Assembly: GCA_965649765.1 (NCBI GenBank)
Contig: OZ287753.1
Span: 17,732,001-17,796,000, forward strand
From: Bispira polyomma
Taxonomy: Eukaryota
DNA length: 64,000 nt
Direction: 5' to 3'
Each line of letters opens with the position of its first letter. Position 1 is the first letter of the stretch. A model generated the notes under the pieces. The model did not search any database, had not been told where the DNA came from, and was given only the letters and a program-made list of their open reading frames with translations. The position numbers and the translations under genes were made by a program. This document shows positions 40,143 through 53,793 of the stretch, piece by piece.

Positions 40143-41348
40143 ACTAGAAAACGGTTTTTGATAACAAAAACGAAGCGTCCCTAAAGTTGAAATAATAATG
40201 AAATTGTTTAGTGTACAAGGTTTAATATTGTTTAAAAGTTGACATATAAGCAGAATCAGCACTTTTGGTTGACTATAAGCTTGAAATCGCTCTGTGTAGC
40301 ACCATTTCCGAGATAACAGACATTTCCTAAAAAGACGCAGAAATTGAAGATGGTTGCCCAAATCGAAAATTACTTCAAAAGTTTACATACAGGCAAAATC
40401 AGCCCTGTGAGTCGAAAATGAGCTTGAAATCACTCTATGTAGCACCATTTCCGAGATAAAGGACATTTTCGAAAAAGACGCAGAAATTCAAGATGGCCAC
40501 CAAAATCGAACATTCTTTTAAAAGTTTACATATAAGCAAAATCAATCCTGTGGGTCGAAAATAAGCTCGAAATCGCCCTTTCTAGCACCGTTTGCGAAAT
40601 AAGATACATTTTCAGAAATTCAAGATGGCTGCCAAAATCGAACATTTTTTCAAAAGTTTACATATAGGCAAAATCAACCCTGTGGGTCGAAAATGAGCTC
40701 TAAATCGCTCTATCTAGCACCGTTTCAGAGATAACGGACATTTTCGAAAAAGACGTAGAAATTCAAGATGGCCGCCAAAATTGAAAATTTTTTGAAAGTT
40801 TACATATAAGCAAAATCAACCCTGTGGGTTTAAAAGTTACGCGCTGCATGTACTGGTCTAAAATTAAAAATAAAAAAATCCTCACACACTTAAAAAAGCA
40901 CCCATCAACACATTTTTCACCATTGTGTATGATTGATCGACCCTGTCAATCTGTCAATTATCACCAGATAAAAATCAATCGGTTGGCAATGGGTCAATTA
41001 TCATCTGATTAATCTCAGCAGCATCTCCCGGTCCAAAAATTGCCTTACCAAGGTACATACCAAATTTCATTGACCTATGATGAATACTTTCTGAGAAAAC
41101 CTAGTGACAAGCACTTTTACACCCCCAGGGTCACCTGACATTTAAGTAGGCCAAAGTTCAAAGCCAATAATATGAAAAAAAATTTCCCACTCCTGGTTAA
41201 GAGAACTGCCAAAAATAATTTTGATGCAGGTAATATTGAAGGAGATATTCAAGGAAGATCATGCGGCGGCGGCACAGGCGGCACAGGCGGCGGCAGCGAG
41301 GAAACCAGGGGTGAAACCAAATAAGCGCCCTTTTCAAGGGACGCTTAA
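40143..41348 (+). mobile_element. Non-autonomous Helentron/HINE-like element with internal tandem repeats
   Basis: 5' hairpin GTTTTTG-ATAA-CAAAAAC. Subterminal IR AAGCGTCCCT (40173-40182) pairs with AGGGACGCTT (41337-41346), which sits in a 3' stem-loop. GCG microsatellite at 41263-41298. Inserted at AA/TT. Confidence 0.75.
40243..40830. repeat. Satellite-like array of about 143 bp, about 4.2 units
   Basis: Unit starts at 40243, 40386, 40529, 40661 and 40803. Each full unit carries AAGATGG(C/T)...CC. Confidence 0.9.
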
Positions 41349-42399
41349 TTATAACTTTCTATCCATGTATATATATAACTAGTTAAATGAAATTATTCTT
41401 GTGTTCTTTGAAAGTTAACTTAATGTCAACGTTCTATATGTAGAACTACTTAAATAAAAATTATTCATTTAAAGGACCTTAAGTCCTCCCGTAAAGTTAA
41501 TTTATTTATGGTAACCTTAAGTTGCTAATAAGTTATGGTAACTTAAGGTTACCATAAAAACCTCTAGTTACCATACAAACAGTAGAATAAATATTGAACC
41601 ACATATGACAGTGTTACTCAATTTGACCTCTACCTGACCCTGACCCTACTTCACTGGTACACATGGAACTGTTTGCCATAGCAAACTTTGAATCTTGAAA
41701 TAGAACAGTTAGTTAATATAAAATTACATTGTGGTGAGAGATATGAGTGTCTCAAATGTGTTTGACTGCTATGATATAAAAGACGTACACAGCCTTTCTA
41801 ATAGACCGGTAAGGGGTACCATAATCATATAAGTGGCTATTTGTATTGCAGAAATGACACTCAGTGAAGTCAGCTTTATACTAAATATCATATATTGTGT
41901 CATGACAGTTTTTGTATTTATTGTTGTCTTAAAATGTCAAATTGAATACACTAATTACATTTTTGGAGACAACATAGTTTGTTTCGTTTTTAAATGCTTT
42001 AGCCTGAGATTAGTACAATTATTTTTTACAATAGAATAATATTCATGGCAAGAAGACATTAACTACATGTTATGGTATGGAAGATTGTGTACATTTCAGA
42101 AAATATATATTCACCTTACATGTTAATAATGTAAGATAGCCATGTTACATCAACACAATTATGTAGGTAATCTCTTGTTTAATAAACATTTTAAATATCA
42201 CTAAACCTTAGGCCTTAGTTGTTCAGTGTCTTATACAATGTTTGTCAATGTGTATTAGTATAAGCTCATTCCATTGCTTTTTCCTTTTTGAATTTTAATT
42301 TGAAGCTATTTCAACAAAGGGAAAATATTTTTTTATTAATATTTCCTGTAGCAAAACATCAATATATTATCCTATTGCAAAAAAAGGCAAATACATCCT

Positions 42400-43030
42400 A
42401 CCTCATCCGGTACAGACACCACGTCTTTGATCTGTTTTACCATCTTATAAGTGTTCCTTCGATCATAAAACTCCAACAGCATGACTCTATGTATCCTTTT
42501 TGACAATCCATAAAACATAACACACTGTACACCAGTCACAAGGATTTTAATGGCTTACAGGATGTAGAACATTCCAGTAACATCAAGCTAAGAGTTTCCT
42601 ACTGCACACACATGCAGGTTTAGTTATTTACTCCCAATAACACTGTTCATTGATTGCTGATGTTTTGTGTGGGGTCCAACCTTGTTTACAGTAATATCTG
42701 GTGACAGGAAAAATCAGCCTATTGCCTAATTGGTCCCTGTTTACGTTTACACAGACACCTTTAATGCTGAAACACACTGGAACAATGGTTTAATTGTAAT
42801 TGTAGGCCAGGTACATATTTGAAGAAGAGCCTGTTAAAATGTTACTAAAATAAATTGTTCAAACAGTGAAATGAAATTATAATCTTTGAGGTCAATAAAC
42901 GTCAAAACATTACTGCAACAACATTTTGTGGAGAAAAATAGTAAATATTTGATGTTTTAACGTCCATATTGTAACATTAAATAAAGGTTGGAAATGTAAA
43001 ACTAAACTTAGTCAATAACTAGGATATTGT
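42400..43030 (-). other. Copy 2 of the duplicated promoter/first-exon-like block
   Basis: Colinear with 34728-35400. Minus-strand donor GAG|GTAGGA (GT at 42401-42400). Confidence 0.5.
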
Positions 43031-43284
43031 CATTGGTTTATATTAATTTATACCTTCAGTAGTTCATTAAGCAAATGTTGGTATCACCCTTGTTTTTTCA
43101 TAAATTGAAATCCGAGAGGCACAAATACCAGAGCAATGAAAGCATGGTAGATGCCTTTACCATGTGTATGAAGTAATAGTGTTGTCTTGTCTGTACAAGA
43201 GATGTATTTACTACTGTTGCCTCATGGATAACATACTTTTCTCAGAATGTGGAGGGCCTGGCTTCAATCCAAACCTAGTGACTA

Positions 43285-46200
43285 AGCCTACGCTTCCTTT
43301 CAGCACATTCCGACGTCCGCTAATTTGTGTGCGTCCGATTCGATCTGACATCAGCAGATGTTGTGCTACCTTCCATCAGATATATACTAAAAATTCGTCA
43401 AATATTGATGTTAAATATGGCTTGAGAAAGCTTATTTTATTATGATTACAGTGCTTTTTTCAACCGAAAATGTATATGTTTCCTCCTTGTACTTTCTTGG
43501 ATTTCCCACGGATTCTGGTGGGAAAAAAAGCACAGTAATCACAATAAAATAAGCTTTCTCATACTATTTTCAAAGTCAACATCTGACGAATATTGAGTAT
43601 ATATTGGATGAAAACTGTACCTATGATAGTGTTTTTGTAGCCATTTTCGTTTCAAAATCTCACAGTCTTCCCGATTTTCCCCTACCTGACAGATAAAATA
43701 TGTTAGCCATTAAAAGATTTCAACACCCTCCTCGACACTTTTGGGTTCTCACAGTTTATCTCTACTTCAACCCACATCCACAATCACATACTCGATCTGG
43801 TAATTGCAAGACCAAATTCAAATCTCATCAGAGAATCATGGGTAACTGATGGGATTTCAGATCACCTAGCAACCTTCGCCTATTTAAATTTACCAATACC
43901 TGCCTCACATAAACCTCGTGTCATAAAATACAGAAACATCAGAAAAATCATTATAAACAAATTTAGAGACGATATCCTGGAAACTAATCTCATCAAACAT
44001 CCATGTAAAAATGCTGAAAATCTTAGCTTACAATACAATCACTGCCTTTCTACTGTCCTTGATAAACATGCGCCATGGGTATCAAAAACCCTTCCCCCAA
44101 CTAACACCCATGAATGGACCAATGCCCCCATAACAGAGGCCAAAAGACGCAAACACCAACTTGAGCGTCAATGGCGATGCACAAAATCCTCCTTAGACAG
44201 AAGCCGTTATCGTATCGCCACAAATAATTACAACAGGCTAGTAACTGATGCCAAAAAGCAACACTACGACTCCATCAACACTGAAAATCATCAAATCCTC
44301 TACTATTAAATCTTGTGAATTACATCCCATCCCAGCAGTTATACTGAGTCAATGTCTTGACATTCTTGTCACACCCATAACAAATATATTAAATTTTTCT
44401 CTTCGGGATGGTGTTTTTCCCACCTGTTTCAAGACGGCAAATGTAACTCCCTTGATTAAAAAACAAGGGCTTGATAAAAACCAGCTCAAAAACTAGAGAC
44501 TGGTGTCAAACCTCAGCTTCGTCTCAAAAGTTATCGAGAAAGCTGTAGCTAAACAAATTTCTGACCACCTTAATAGACAAAACATTGAAAATCGCCGCCA
44601 GTCTGCTTATAGAAAATTTCACTCTACAGAAAGTGCCCTTTTTTCCATCAGCAATGATATCAATCTTGCACTGGACCGCAACAACACAGTGGCCCTCACC
44701 CTTCTGGATCTCTCAGCTGCATTCGACACTATTGATCATGTCCTGCTCTGTGACACTTTCAAGCAGTGGTTCGGTATAAATGGCAGTGTCCTTAAATGGA
44801 TCAGATCCTACCTTACTCTTAGGGCACAAAGAATTAAACTAGATGATCACCTATCATCTTCCATAAAGCTACCATATGGAGTACCCCAGGGATCCGTCCT
44901 TGGCCCTCTACTTTTTACCCTTTATACACATCCTCTCAGCACTGTCATCAATAAACACAATAAAAACAAAACACCACATGTATGCAGATGACACTCAAGT
45001 CTATCTCTCCTTCAATCCACAAAATGCAAATAATAACATAGACCTACTTGCAGACTGTTTGATGTCCAGTCCTGGATGAACTACTCTAAACTAAAGCTTA
45101 ACCCTGACAAAACAGAATTCATCCTCATAGGAAACAAAAAAAACAGTGAACTCCTAAAATCTTTGTTTCCCATCTCCCTGCTGGGAAAAGACATACTACC
45201 TTCCGAAAATGCTAAAAACCTGGGTGTCACTTTTGATTCAGCTTTTTCGTTCGATACTCATATTGCCAACATCTGTCGCTCCTCTATTACCACATACGCG
45301 ACATCAAAAGAATCAGAAACCACTTGTCCATGGACACAGCGATAACTGTGGCAAATGCCCTTGTGAGTAGCCACTTCGACTACTGCAATTCTCTCTTGTA
45401 CGGAGCAAACAAGTCAAACATTAAAAAGCTCCAGTCCATCCAAAACTACCTATGTAGGGTCATTTTTCGCCTGGGTTGTCGCACAGATGTCACTCCTTAC
45501 CTTAAAAAATTACACTGGTTGCCCATTAAATCTCGAATTTTGTTTAAGATTCACGTTACCACTTTTAAGGCTGTAGTCACTCAACAGCCACCCTACCTTG
45601 CCTCCCTTCTTTCCTTCAGTAACCGCAAGAGAGGCAACAGACTCTCTGTCACTTCGGTCAGACCAATCAGAAAGGCGGGTTTCACAGCGTTCTCCACTGC
45701 AGCTCCACGGTTATGGAACAGTCTCCCAGTTGACCTCAGATCAGTTGACACACTTATTGGTTTTAGGAAAAAGCTTAAAACCTATCTTTTTAATCTTGCC
45801 TACCCACCTTAGCTTTCCTCGTGCACGCTTCCACTTCCTTCCTTACGACTTTGCAATTTCCATGGACTTAATGATTGGACTAATGATTCTGCTGTTGCGC
45901 TTTAGAAGATGCCCAGCATCAATAAAGCGCGTTAAAACCTATAATAATAATAATAACAGACGTCAGCCGACGTCTGATGGGATCTGATGGAAATATGCTG
46001 AAAGGAAGCACTTGGTAGTGTTGTATAATGATTTTTAGGCCGATTTTTACCCTCATTATACAATACTACCAAGTGCTTCCTTTCAGCAGATTTGCATCAG
46101 ATCCGATGTCTGCCGACGTCTGTTTGGCCAACAGTTTTTATATGTCAAGGAGCGAAAAAATCGGGAGGACTGTCCGATTTTGAAGCAATAGTGGACAAAT

Positions 46201-46692
46201 AAACTGACATATGTATAATTTTCATCCAATAAATACTCAATATTCGTCGGATGTTAAAGTTGAAAATGGCATGAGAAAGCTTATTTTATTGTAATTACTG
46301 TGCTTTTTTCCTCACCAAAATCCGTTAAGAAACGGCTCAGATATTTAAGCTTATAGAAGGGTATCCCATTAACTTCCCCTTCTGCAGTGAAGAATACGTC
46401 ACAGTGACGTCATAATGACGTCAGGTTTGTAGTTAGGTCACAGCTTATACATCAGGAAGTAAAAATGGATACCCTTTTTTAACGGTGTATATCTCAGTCG
46501 TTTCTAATCGAATTTTTGTGGAAAAAGAAGCACAGTAACCACAATAAAATAGGCTTTCTCTTGCCATTTTCACCCTCTACATCCAACGAATTTTAAGTAG
46601 ATATCTGATGAAAGGAAGCGCCACATCGGCCGACGTCGTATCGGATCGCGCACCTCCAAATCGTCGGAATGTGCTGAGAGGAAGCGTAGGCT
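43285..46692. mobile_element. Fold-back MITE of about 1.16 kb, interrupted by an L2 insertion
   Basis: TIR AGCCTACGCTTCCT(T/C)TCAGCACATTCCGACG at both ends, flanked by TA. Arms are long inverted repeats around a centre at about 46030-46063. Confidence 0.85.
43710..45954 (+). mobile_element. 5'-truncated, frameshifted L2-clade LINE (end of endonuclease plus RT)
   Basis: 'HILDLVI' and 'GISDH' (endonuclease end); LLDLSAAFDTIDH, GVPQGSVLGP, YADD, LHWLPI and APRLWNSLP (RT). 3' stem GCGCTTT...AAAGCGC and (TAA)n tail. Several frameshifts, a stop and an internal deletion. Confidence 0.92.
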
Positions 46693-47634
46693 TAGATGGT
46701 TACTTAAGATGACCTCCCTCTGTAATTACAGGTATTCCTCCTCCTTTAAATCTGGCTGTCACATAATGCTGAATAATGTTGACAATCACATCAAACCCAA
46801 AATCAATAAATTCAAAATTTTAGCAAATATACACTGATTAGTTTTCCAAAAAATGATTACTGTTGTAAACTTAGATCTTTATTTGACGGGAAACCTTAGG
46901 AAAAACTTCCTAAAAGTGACATCAAAACAAAACTCCCATTACCACTTCTGTCGTAAAACAACAAAGATCAGGTATGTAACTGGGAAAACAACTGGACAAA
47001 CCTTCACAGTGAATACTAAAATTCACTTTAAATTCAGTTTTGTCAGGATTGAACTTGTAGTTGATATAAAACATTGGTCCTTGTACATTATCCAGTCATT
47101 TGTTAAAGGGTTGAAAAGCTATTTACAGACGTACTAAATAGGGGTGTCCTTAACCTATCTGAACCAACAAAGACAGTTCAGACAAATAGATTTTTGAACC
47201 AACCGAAGCAATTTATTTCGGTGCAGGGTATTATTCATCACTTCCAGACAAAGATCAATCCAAATTGTAACAATAGCGTAATGCTCCTTTTACATCGTGG
47301 TTCTATCACCAGTGGACTATTTTTGTAAGAAGCTGAGATTTAAGAAAAATACAAATACTTCTGTTCATGGTCTGTTACACACTCTTCCCTACTCCTACAC
47401 AAAATAAACAAGATAGACTTTTACCAGTCATCTTGTATTAGAGCGGTTGTTGTTTTATGCTTTAAGACATAGCCTAGTAGTAAGGCCCCCTGCTGAATTT
47501 ACAATAGATTTTTTTTTTATTTCTTTAGGTTTGTGTCGCTTTCAACGCTTTAGTCATATTACCACGACAAGAATTGGGGGTTGAGGAAACCAGTGCTGAA
47601 GCCACTATAAACCACTGATGGCAATTTGGATATT

Positions 47635-47840
47635 TAACGTCCACTCTAGTATCTGTTTAGGTTACATTGGGACGGGTAGTTGGAAACGCTGGAGGAAACA
47701 CTGCATACAGTTGATCTAGGTTCTGCACTGAAACCAGCGGCCCACACTAAGGAACTACCACCTTTCCCACATATGCATCGACGGGATTCGAACTCACACC
47801 GCCCAGAGGTGAGAGACCAGTGATTGTGAGCTGATGGCAA
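47635..47840 (-). mobile_element. tRNA-derived SINE; near-identical 3' fragment at 18607-18685
   Basis: B-box GAGTTCGAATCC. About 75 bp shared almost exactly with 18607-18685. Confidence 0.7.
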
Positions 47841-49589
47841 TACCTGATAAACTAATCTACAACAGAGTGAAGTCTTTAGGGGCCGTATTCACAAAAGGTC
47901 TTAATCTTAACATTTATGTCTAAACATATGTAAGACTGCCTACTGTTAGTCTTGGTGTTAACTTTGTTCTCGCATTTACATACTTTTTTCTGGTATTCAA
48001 AGTGTGTTAATAAACCAAGTTCAACCAACCAGCACCAGTAACTGGTATTTCCCTAACTGTAGATTGATGTTTGAGGATGATTATTGGTCAATGTCCAAAA
48101 GGTTCTTTGGTCTACCACTGTAGATAGGACCAAGGACATTTTTAATTGGCTATAGTTGCCTGTTTAACTGGAATTGAAACCAGGTGCTCTGTGTTTCTAA
48201 GCAAGTTTGTTACCCACTGTAGGCCATAGTTGTAAGTTTGTATGGAAAACAATAATACAACCAGATTTGGAAGTGTAGCCTTGACAACGATTTGTCTTCA
48301 AGCTTTCATACTCAACCTTCCAAAGTATAATAAAATATTATTTTATTTAGCATCAAACTATAATACAAGAGATTTTTGTCTTATTTGTTTGATATTGAAA
48401 GGTCAGATGGTGAGTTTATTTAAGTATACAGTCAAACTAACACAGGATACTACCTACAAAAGTGACCATCTTTCTATAAAGTAGATTTATTTGAAATTCT
48501 CTTTTCCAGATAACTTGCTGTTTTCTTTAATCCTCTATTTACAAACCATTTTTCAAAAAATATTTCCTTTTGCTCTTCCCTTGAATGATCACGCAGGTTC
48601 ACCTATATTTAGGCCAGATATAATTTGGGCGCAAGCTAAACAATAGGAGGTTATACTACTTTATAGTCAGCACAATTAGTTCACTGGTTCATAGTGCGAG
48701 TTGTAAACACCCCAAAGTCTGAACATATTTGTCTTTGCTTTATTTATGGCTACTGGTGTCTTTGCAGTCTGTACAAAAGCAACCAATAAACTCCTGTGCC
48801 ATAAAATGTAGGGTTCTTAGCATACAGTTTGTTTGTCTTAGTATTAGTCAATACAATCAAGTGGTGCATCGTTAGAAGGCAAATGAAAATTGATGGAACT
48901 GCACTTTCGTTAGTGTAAAATTGGTAGTTATGACAAAGTCATTTTGCACATATCCAAATTACCCCCACAAGTTTCAGGGGGACTGATTCATACAAACGCT
49001 GGTGTATTGTCATTGCATTGATCTCACTCCCAAGATAACTTTCTGCAGGCTACTGTTTCAATTGTTTTTTTGTTATGTTTTTTTTTTTTGACATTTTACT
49101 GATATAAGTTTATTGTAATTATGTTGTTTACTAATTGGGTTGAGCTGCTTAACCACATCCCTTTTAAATCCAAAGAGACAAGTTAATTTAGAACTTAAGT
49201 CTTATTACTTAAATAATAGGAAAAAAGAAAATTGATGATATAAGCTGCTACATATTTATATATTATATGAAAATACTAGATATAATAATTAATCAATATG
49301 AGATTTTTTTTTGTTTTCTAAGTAATTAATTAATAATTAATAATTATACAAATGGTTAATAAGCCTTCTAAAATATCTTAGCATAGATATATTAGCATGC
49401 AGGAGATTAGCTTTTTAATAATTAAACAATTTATAAAAATACATTAAAAATGTGGTAAATTGACGGGGCTACGCCATTTACGGCATTCAATTTTAGCACA
49501 GACAGGTCAAAACGACGACCCTGTCGTTTTACTACATTTTTGATTTAAATGGCGGGGAAATCAAAACTGCAGCGAACATTATTAAGGAC

Positions 49590-50100
49590 CTGTATGCCAA
49601 TGACACCCAAGTTACATAACAATTGAAACAATTCGAATAATATATACTCTGGCAGTTTAGAGCTCTCACAGTGCCTTGATGCCTTTCAACATTGGATAAG
49701 AAAGGTTGAAACTGAAGCGCAATCCCAACAAATCATTATTGGGGATTCACTAAAGTCACATTTATCTGTCACCATCATAAAAACAAGGTGTTGCATGCTG
49801 AAAACGTTGCAAACTTGGGAGATATTTTTGACTCTGAAAAGTGTTTGAACAGACATATTGTGTGTGACATGCCTGCTGTTACCACACACAGGATTTACGT
49901 TAAATACTGGAGTTTTGACACTGCTGTACTGGTGGCAATAGCATTGGTTAGCATTGTCTGGATTACTGCAATTCAAGGCTAATTTAGCAAACGCTTTTAA
50001 AACGGGCAAAATACCCACTGACTGTCTTATTGGACAATTGGATTGACTAAGTAGAGTATACTAAATATCTCAAAAGGCTTCACTGGTTACCCATAGAGTA
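49590..50100 (+). mobile_element. Highly degenerate L2 RT relic
   Basis: 'LYANDTQV' (YADD-like), 'LKRNPNK', 'NLGDIFDS' and 'LHWLPI' in colinear order. Confidence 0.65.
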
Positions 50101-51178
50101 AACTGTGTACAGTTTCTTGGTGTTTGAGGTAATCCATCTAATAACCAACCTCCTTATGTGTCTTCTCACATTAGGACTATATTAGCCTAACACATGGTAA
50201 CAAGTTGTGGATTCACTATAGCTGTCCCAGTTGTTCTAACTCAGACTGTCTGGCAACCTCACGCCTTCACCAATGGCTATCCCAAGCTAAGTAGTGAGTG
50301 GTGTGGTTAGACTTTTCTATGAATCTATTGAATTTTATCTTTTTCACCATGACAAAATAGTGTTTTCTAACAGTGTAGAGTTCCCCCTAAAATCCTACAC
50401 AGATTCCCAAGATATTTGGTATTTGTGATCTGTGTAATGCAAAAAGACCCTCTGTGTGAATGTTGATATGTAGCACATGTTACCTTTGTGCCCTGGTTCT
50501 AGTAGAGAAGAGTTTTGTATCTTTCCTTGTACTCTGCAATCTGTAATTTCTTAGTCTATAGCATAAACATTCACAGATAAAAAAAGGAGACTGAAAAGTG
50601 GGGAATCACTACTAAGTATAAACAAACATGCCTGGATATCTCTGAAGGGATTGTGTGTGGTCCTGAATCAAACTCTCTGACAAGCTTGCGCCTTCACAGC
50701 AAGGCTAACTCATATATAGCTAAGTAGTGACTACTGTGGTAAGAACACGGATTTCTCTGGAGGGATCTGACATGGATATAAACAAGGATTTAGTAACAAG
50801 GGAAGTTTGAGTGCTGTTTTATCGATTGGGGACAATAGCCTCCAACAAGGACATGGCAAGACTGTGCTGCAAATCTTAACAAGTAGAAATTTTACTGCTG
50901 CACCCTTCAGATTTGTATCTGTATGGTCGGTTTTTGTGTGTTCCCTCTTTCGTTCTTCCTGCAGACCGCTTTTTTAAGAGAGAATAGAAATGTTTTTGAT
51001 TATTCAATTGTTTGTTTCCAGTTGAAGGGCAAAGGAGGTTCCAACCCAAGGACACAAGGAAAACACAAGCAAGAATGTGGAATATAACATTTATTTAAAA
51101 ACAATTCATTTACACTACCCCTTTTATTTTGTGAAACTAGTTCAGTAATATAAACTATAGAGCGATACTTTATTACAT

Positions 51179-51248
51179 AGGCGGATCCACGATCTTGTAA
51201 AGCGGGGGGGAGGGGGGGGGGTCTGCTTTTTTACCCAGATCCGCCTAT
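51179..51248. mobile_element. Tiny MITE
   Basis: TAGGCGGATC ... GATCCGCCTA inverted ends around a poly-G tract. Confidence 0.55.
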
Positions 51249-53793
51249 ATCTTACTGAAGGTGAATACATTCAACTGTTTTCTTGGATATATTTTTGCTG
51301 AAATGATCACTGTGTTTTGAAGTAAATTTTTTCATGCAAATAGCCACATTAGTCACCTGTGTGAACAAGGTTTTATTGCTTACACCATTGTGTTTTATTT
51401 TACAATAGAACTGTTGTTTCAAAAGACAGCATTCCCAAGCCATCATCATTAGTGGCCATAATTTATCCCCCAAAGGAATTGTACAAGGAACAATGGCCTT
51501 TCGTTGGTATTAGACAGAGTTTGAAAGTAAAAAAGAAGAAAGCTCAAAAGATTTATCATATTTTATGTCTTTGATTCTTCTTTTCTTTTCTTTTTTTTTT
51601 TTTTTTTTTGTTTCAATCTATTTTTGTAACTCTGTAGTTACTGCTATGTATTCTTTTATATACGTTTGAAAAGTACTACCCATTCAGTTTTACACTGTAA
51701 AATTTGTTGAATTGGCTAGAATGTTGTTCAAAATATGTGTCAGTTTTAGTGTGATATTGCTTGTTGTTGCAATAATGTCTACAATATACTGTAAAAAAGC
51801 TGAATGTTGCCCTCGTGGGTGTGTAGCACAGTTAAAATTTTTAAGGCTTTAGTAACGTAAACACCTAAACGAGCTGGGCATAAAGCATGCTATTTTTACG
51901 AGAGTCATTTCTAGTCTGTATAACAACTATAAGGACATTAAAAGTACACTTTAGTACGGGTTTTAACCATTTTTATGTGTCCAAACTATTTAAAAGGGTA
52001 ATACTATGCTACAAAACTGTAAAAAAAAAACATATAACGATCCTTGTGTTGTGACGTCACACAATTTGAAAATCTATGTAGAACGTCACATTTATAAACA
52101 AATCTCAGAGAGAGCCCTTTCTATTGTGACATAATACGAGTATTGATCCAGCATATATAAAGACATTATAGACGCTATACAACTGTAAAAAACATGTATT
52201 TTATTTTGAATGAATTACATTTTTAAATAGGTCTCCCTATTTTATATAAACAAAGAATACAAAACATCTTTCTGTTTAGAAGAGTGTAAATTTAATGTTT
52301 CTCTAAAATTTACAGTGTTTTTGTGCTTTTTTTGAAAAACGAATTCATTCAAAATGATGCTGATGTTTTCCTTTTTCTATTAATGTATAACACTTCAGTA
52401 TTGATCCCTTATTGGTGTATCAATTGTGTCACGTCTGTGAGGCATGTACAATATTACCCATTTTAGTTACAATTTTACACACTGCAATATGTATTGTATG
52501 TCTCAAAATACCTATTAAAATTATACGTAAAGTATATGAATTAGTATATTATTAAAATATATCTCATTATTTATTATATCTACTCATGAAAATGTAAATA
52601 TGTTATCCATATATCGAGTTTAAGGCCACAAAGAAAAAGTTGTGTAGTTTCTGAGAAGCTCGAGCACACATAACGTGGTTGTCGGCAATCGTTTTATGTG
52701 TTTACGTCACTAAACCTTTAAACTCATAGCAAATACAAGTATGCCAACGAAAATATTTAAGTTTATAAAATACACAAAAATAAACTTTTAAAAAGGTATG
52801 TCAGAGGAAAGTAAAGGCCGCTTTACGTAAGTTTATTATACCTTAGCACTTTTAAAGGTCTATTCCGGTTCTGAGTCACATTTTGGGCTTGAGTAGTAAC
52901 CATTTCGCTTAGCGATTTGAGCTACATTCTGGATTGTTGGAAATATGTACATGGGCAGACTGGCTTGTGGACGGTATATATAATCAGTTTTTAGCTTTGC
53001 TTTGGTCGCAAAATCGTCAGGGATATATAGTAACCTAATCTTTAGAAATATGTTTTAGAGGATGTTTAATCACTTCTGGCATCAAAAACACAGGATTATG
53101 ACATTGGCGATATCGTATCACAGTAGAAGTATTCAAAGATGGCGATTCTTTGTGGGGGTTGGGGACAGAAAATGGCATATGATTGTAAATATGAACTATA
53201 ACTCACAAAAGGGTGATTAATCATTGCTAGAACCCATTCTATCCATCAATATCAAAACCAGTGTCCTAGGAACCTGCAACTGATTAAGGACACATGCATA
53301 TTAAATATCATAGATATTTAGTAGAACTCGGGAATAGGCAAGGTACATAGTCTTAATTCTTTCAACCAAGACAAATCTTGTATTGCAAAAGAAAAATTAC
53401 AAAACAAAAATTCCAAATATTAAGAATGACTGAGTGTTGTTTCTCCAGGGTTTGTATTACATGTTGTAAGCATTAAAGTTCTTGGCAGGAATTATAAGTA
53501 AGAAATTATTCACAGAACCCATTGTGGGATTTACAGGCACAAAAAAAAGAGCACGTATGTCAAATATGTTAAAATGTGGGCATTTTTTACTAATCAATTT
53601 CCTTTGGAAAGATCCAAGCAATTTTCGGTGAGGGGATAAATATCATTGAACGTTTAAATAATATCAGACTTAGTAATTGTCTACGGCTGCATCTTTTAGT
53701 CAGGTTGGCGAGCCGCTTTGGCCTTGTTGTTAGAAGCCTCTGTCTTACAATAATATTATTACTGGCCTCTTGTCAATGTGGGTTCAAATCAGT

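Noticed and set aside
40243-40830. Regular repeats as a CRISPR array
   Set aside because: Whole units repeat with no unique spacers, and the DNA is eukaryotic.
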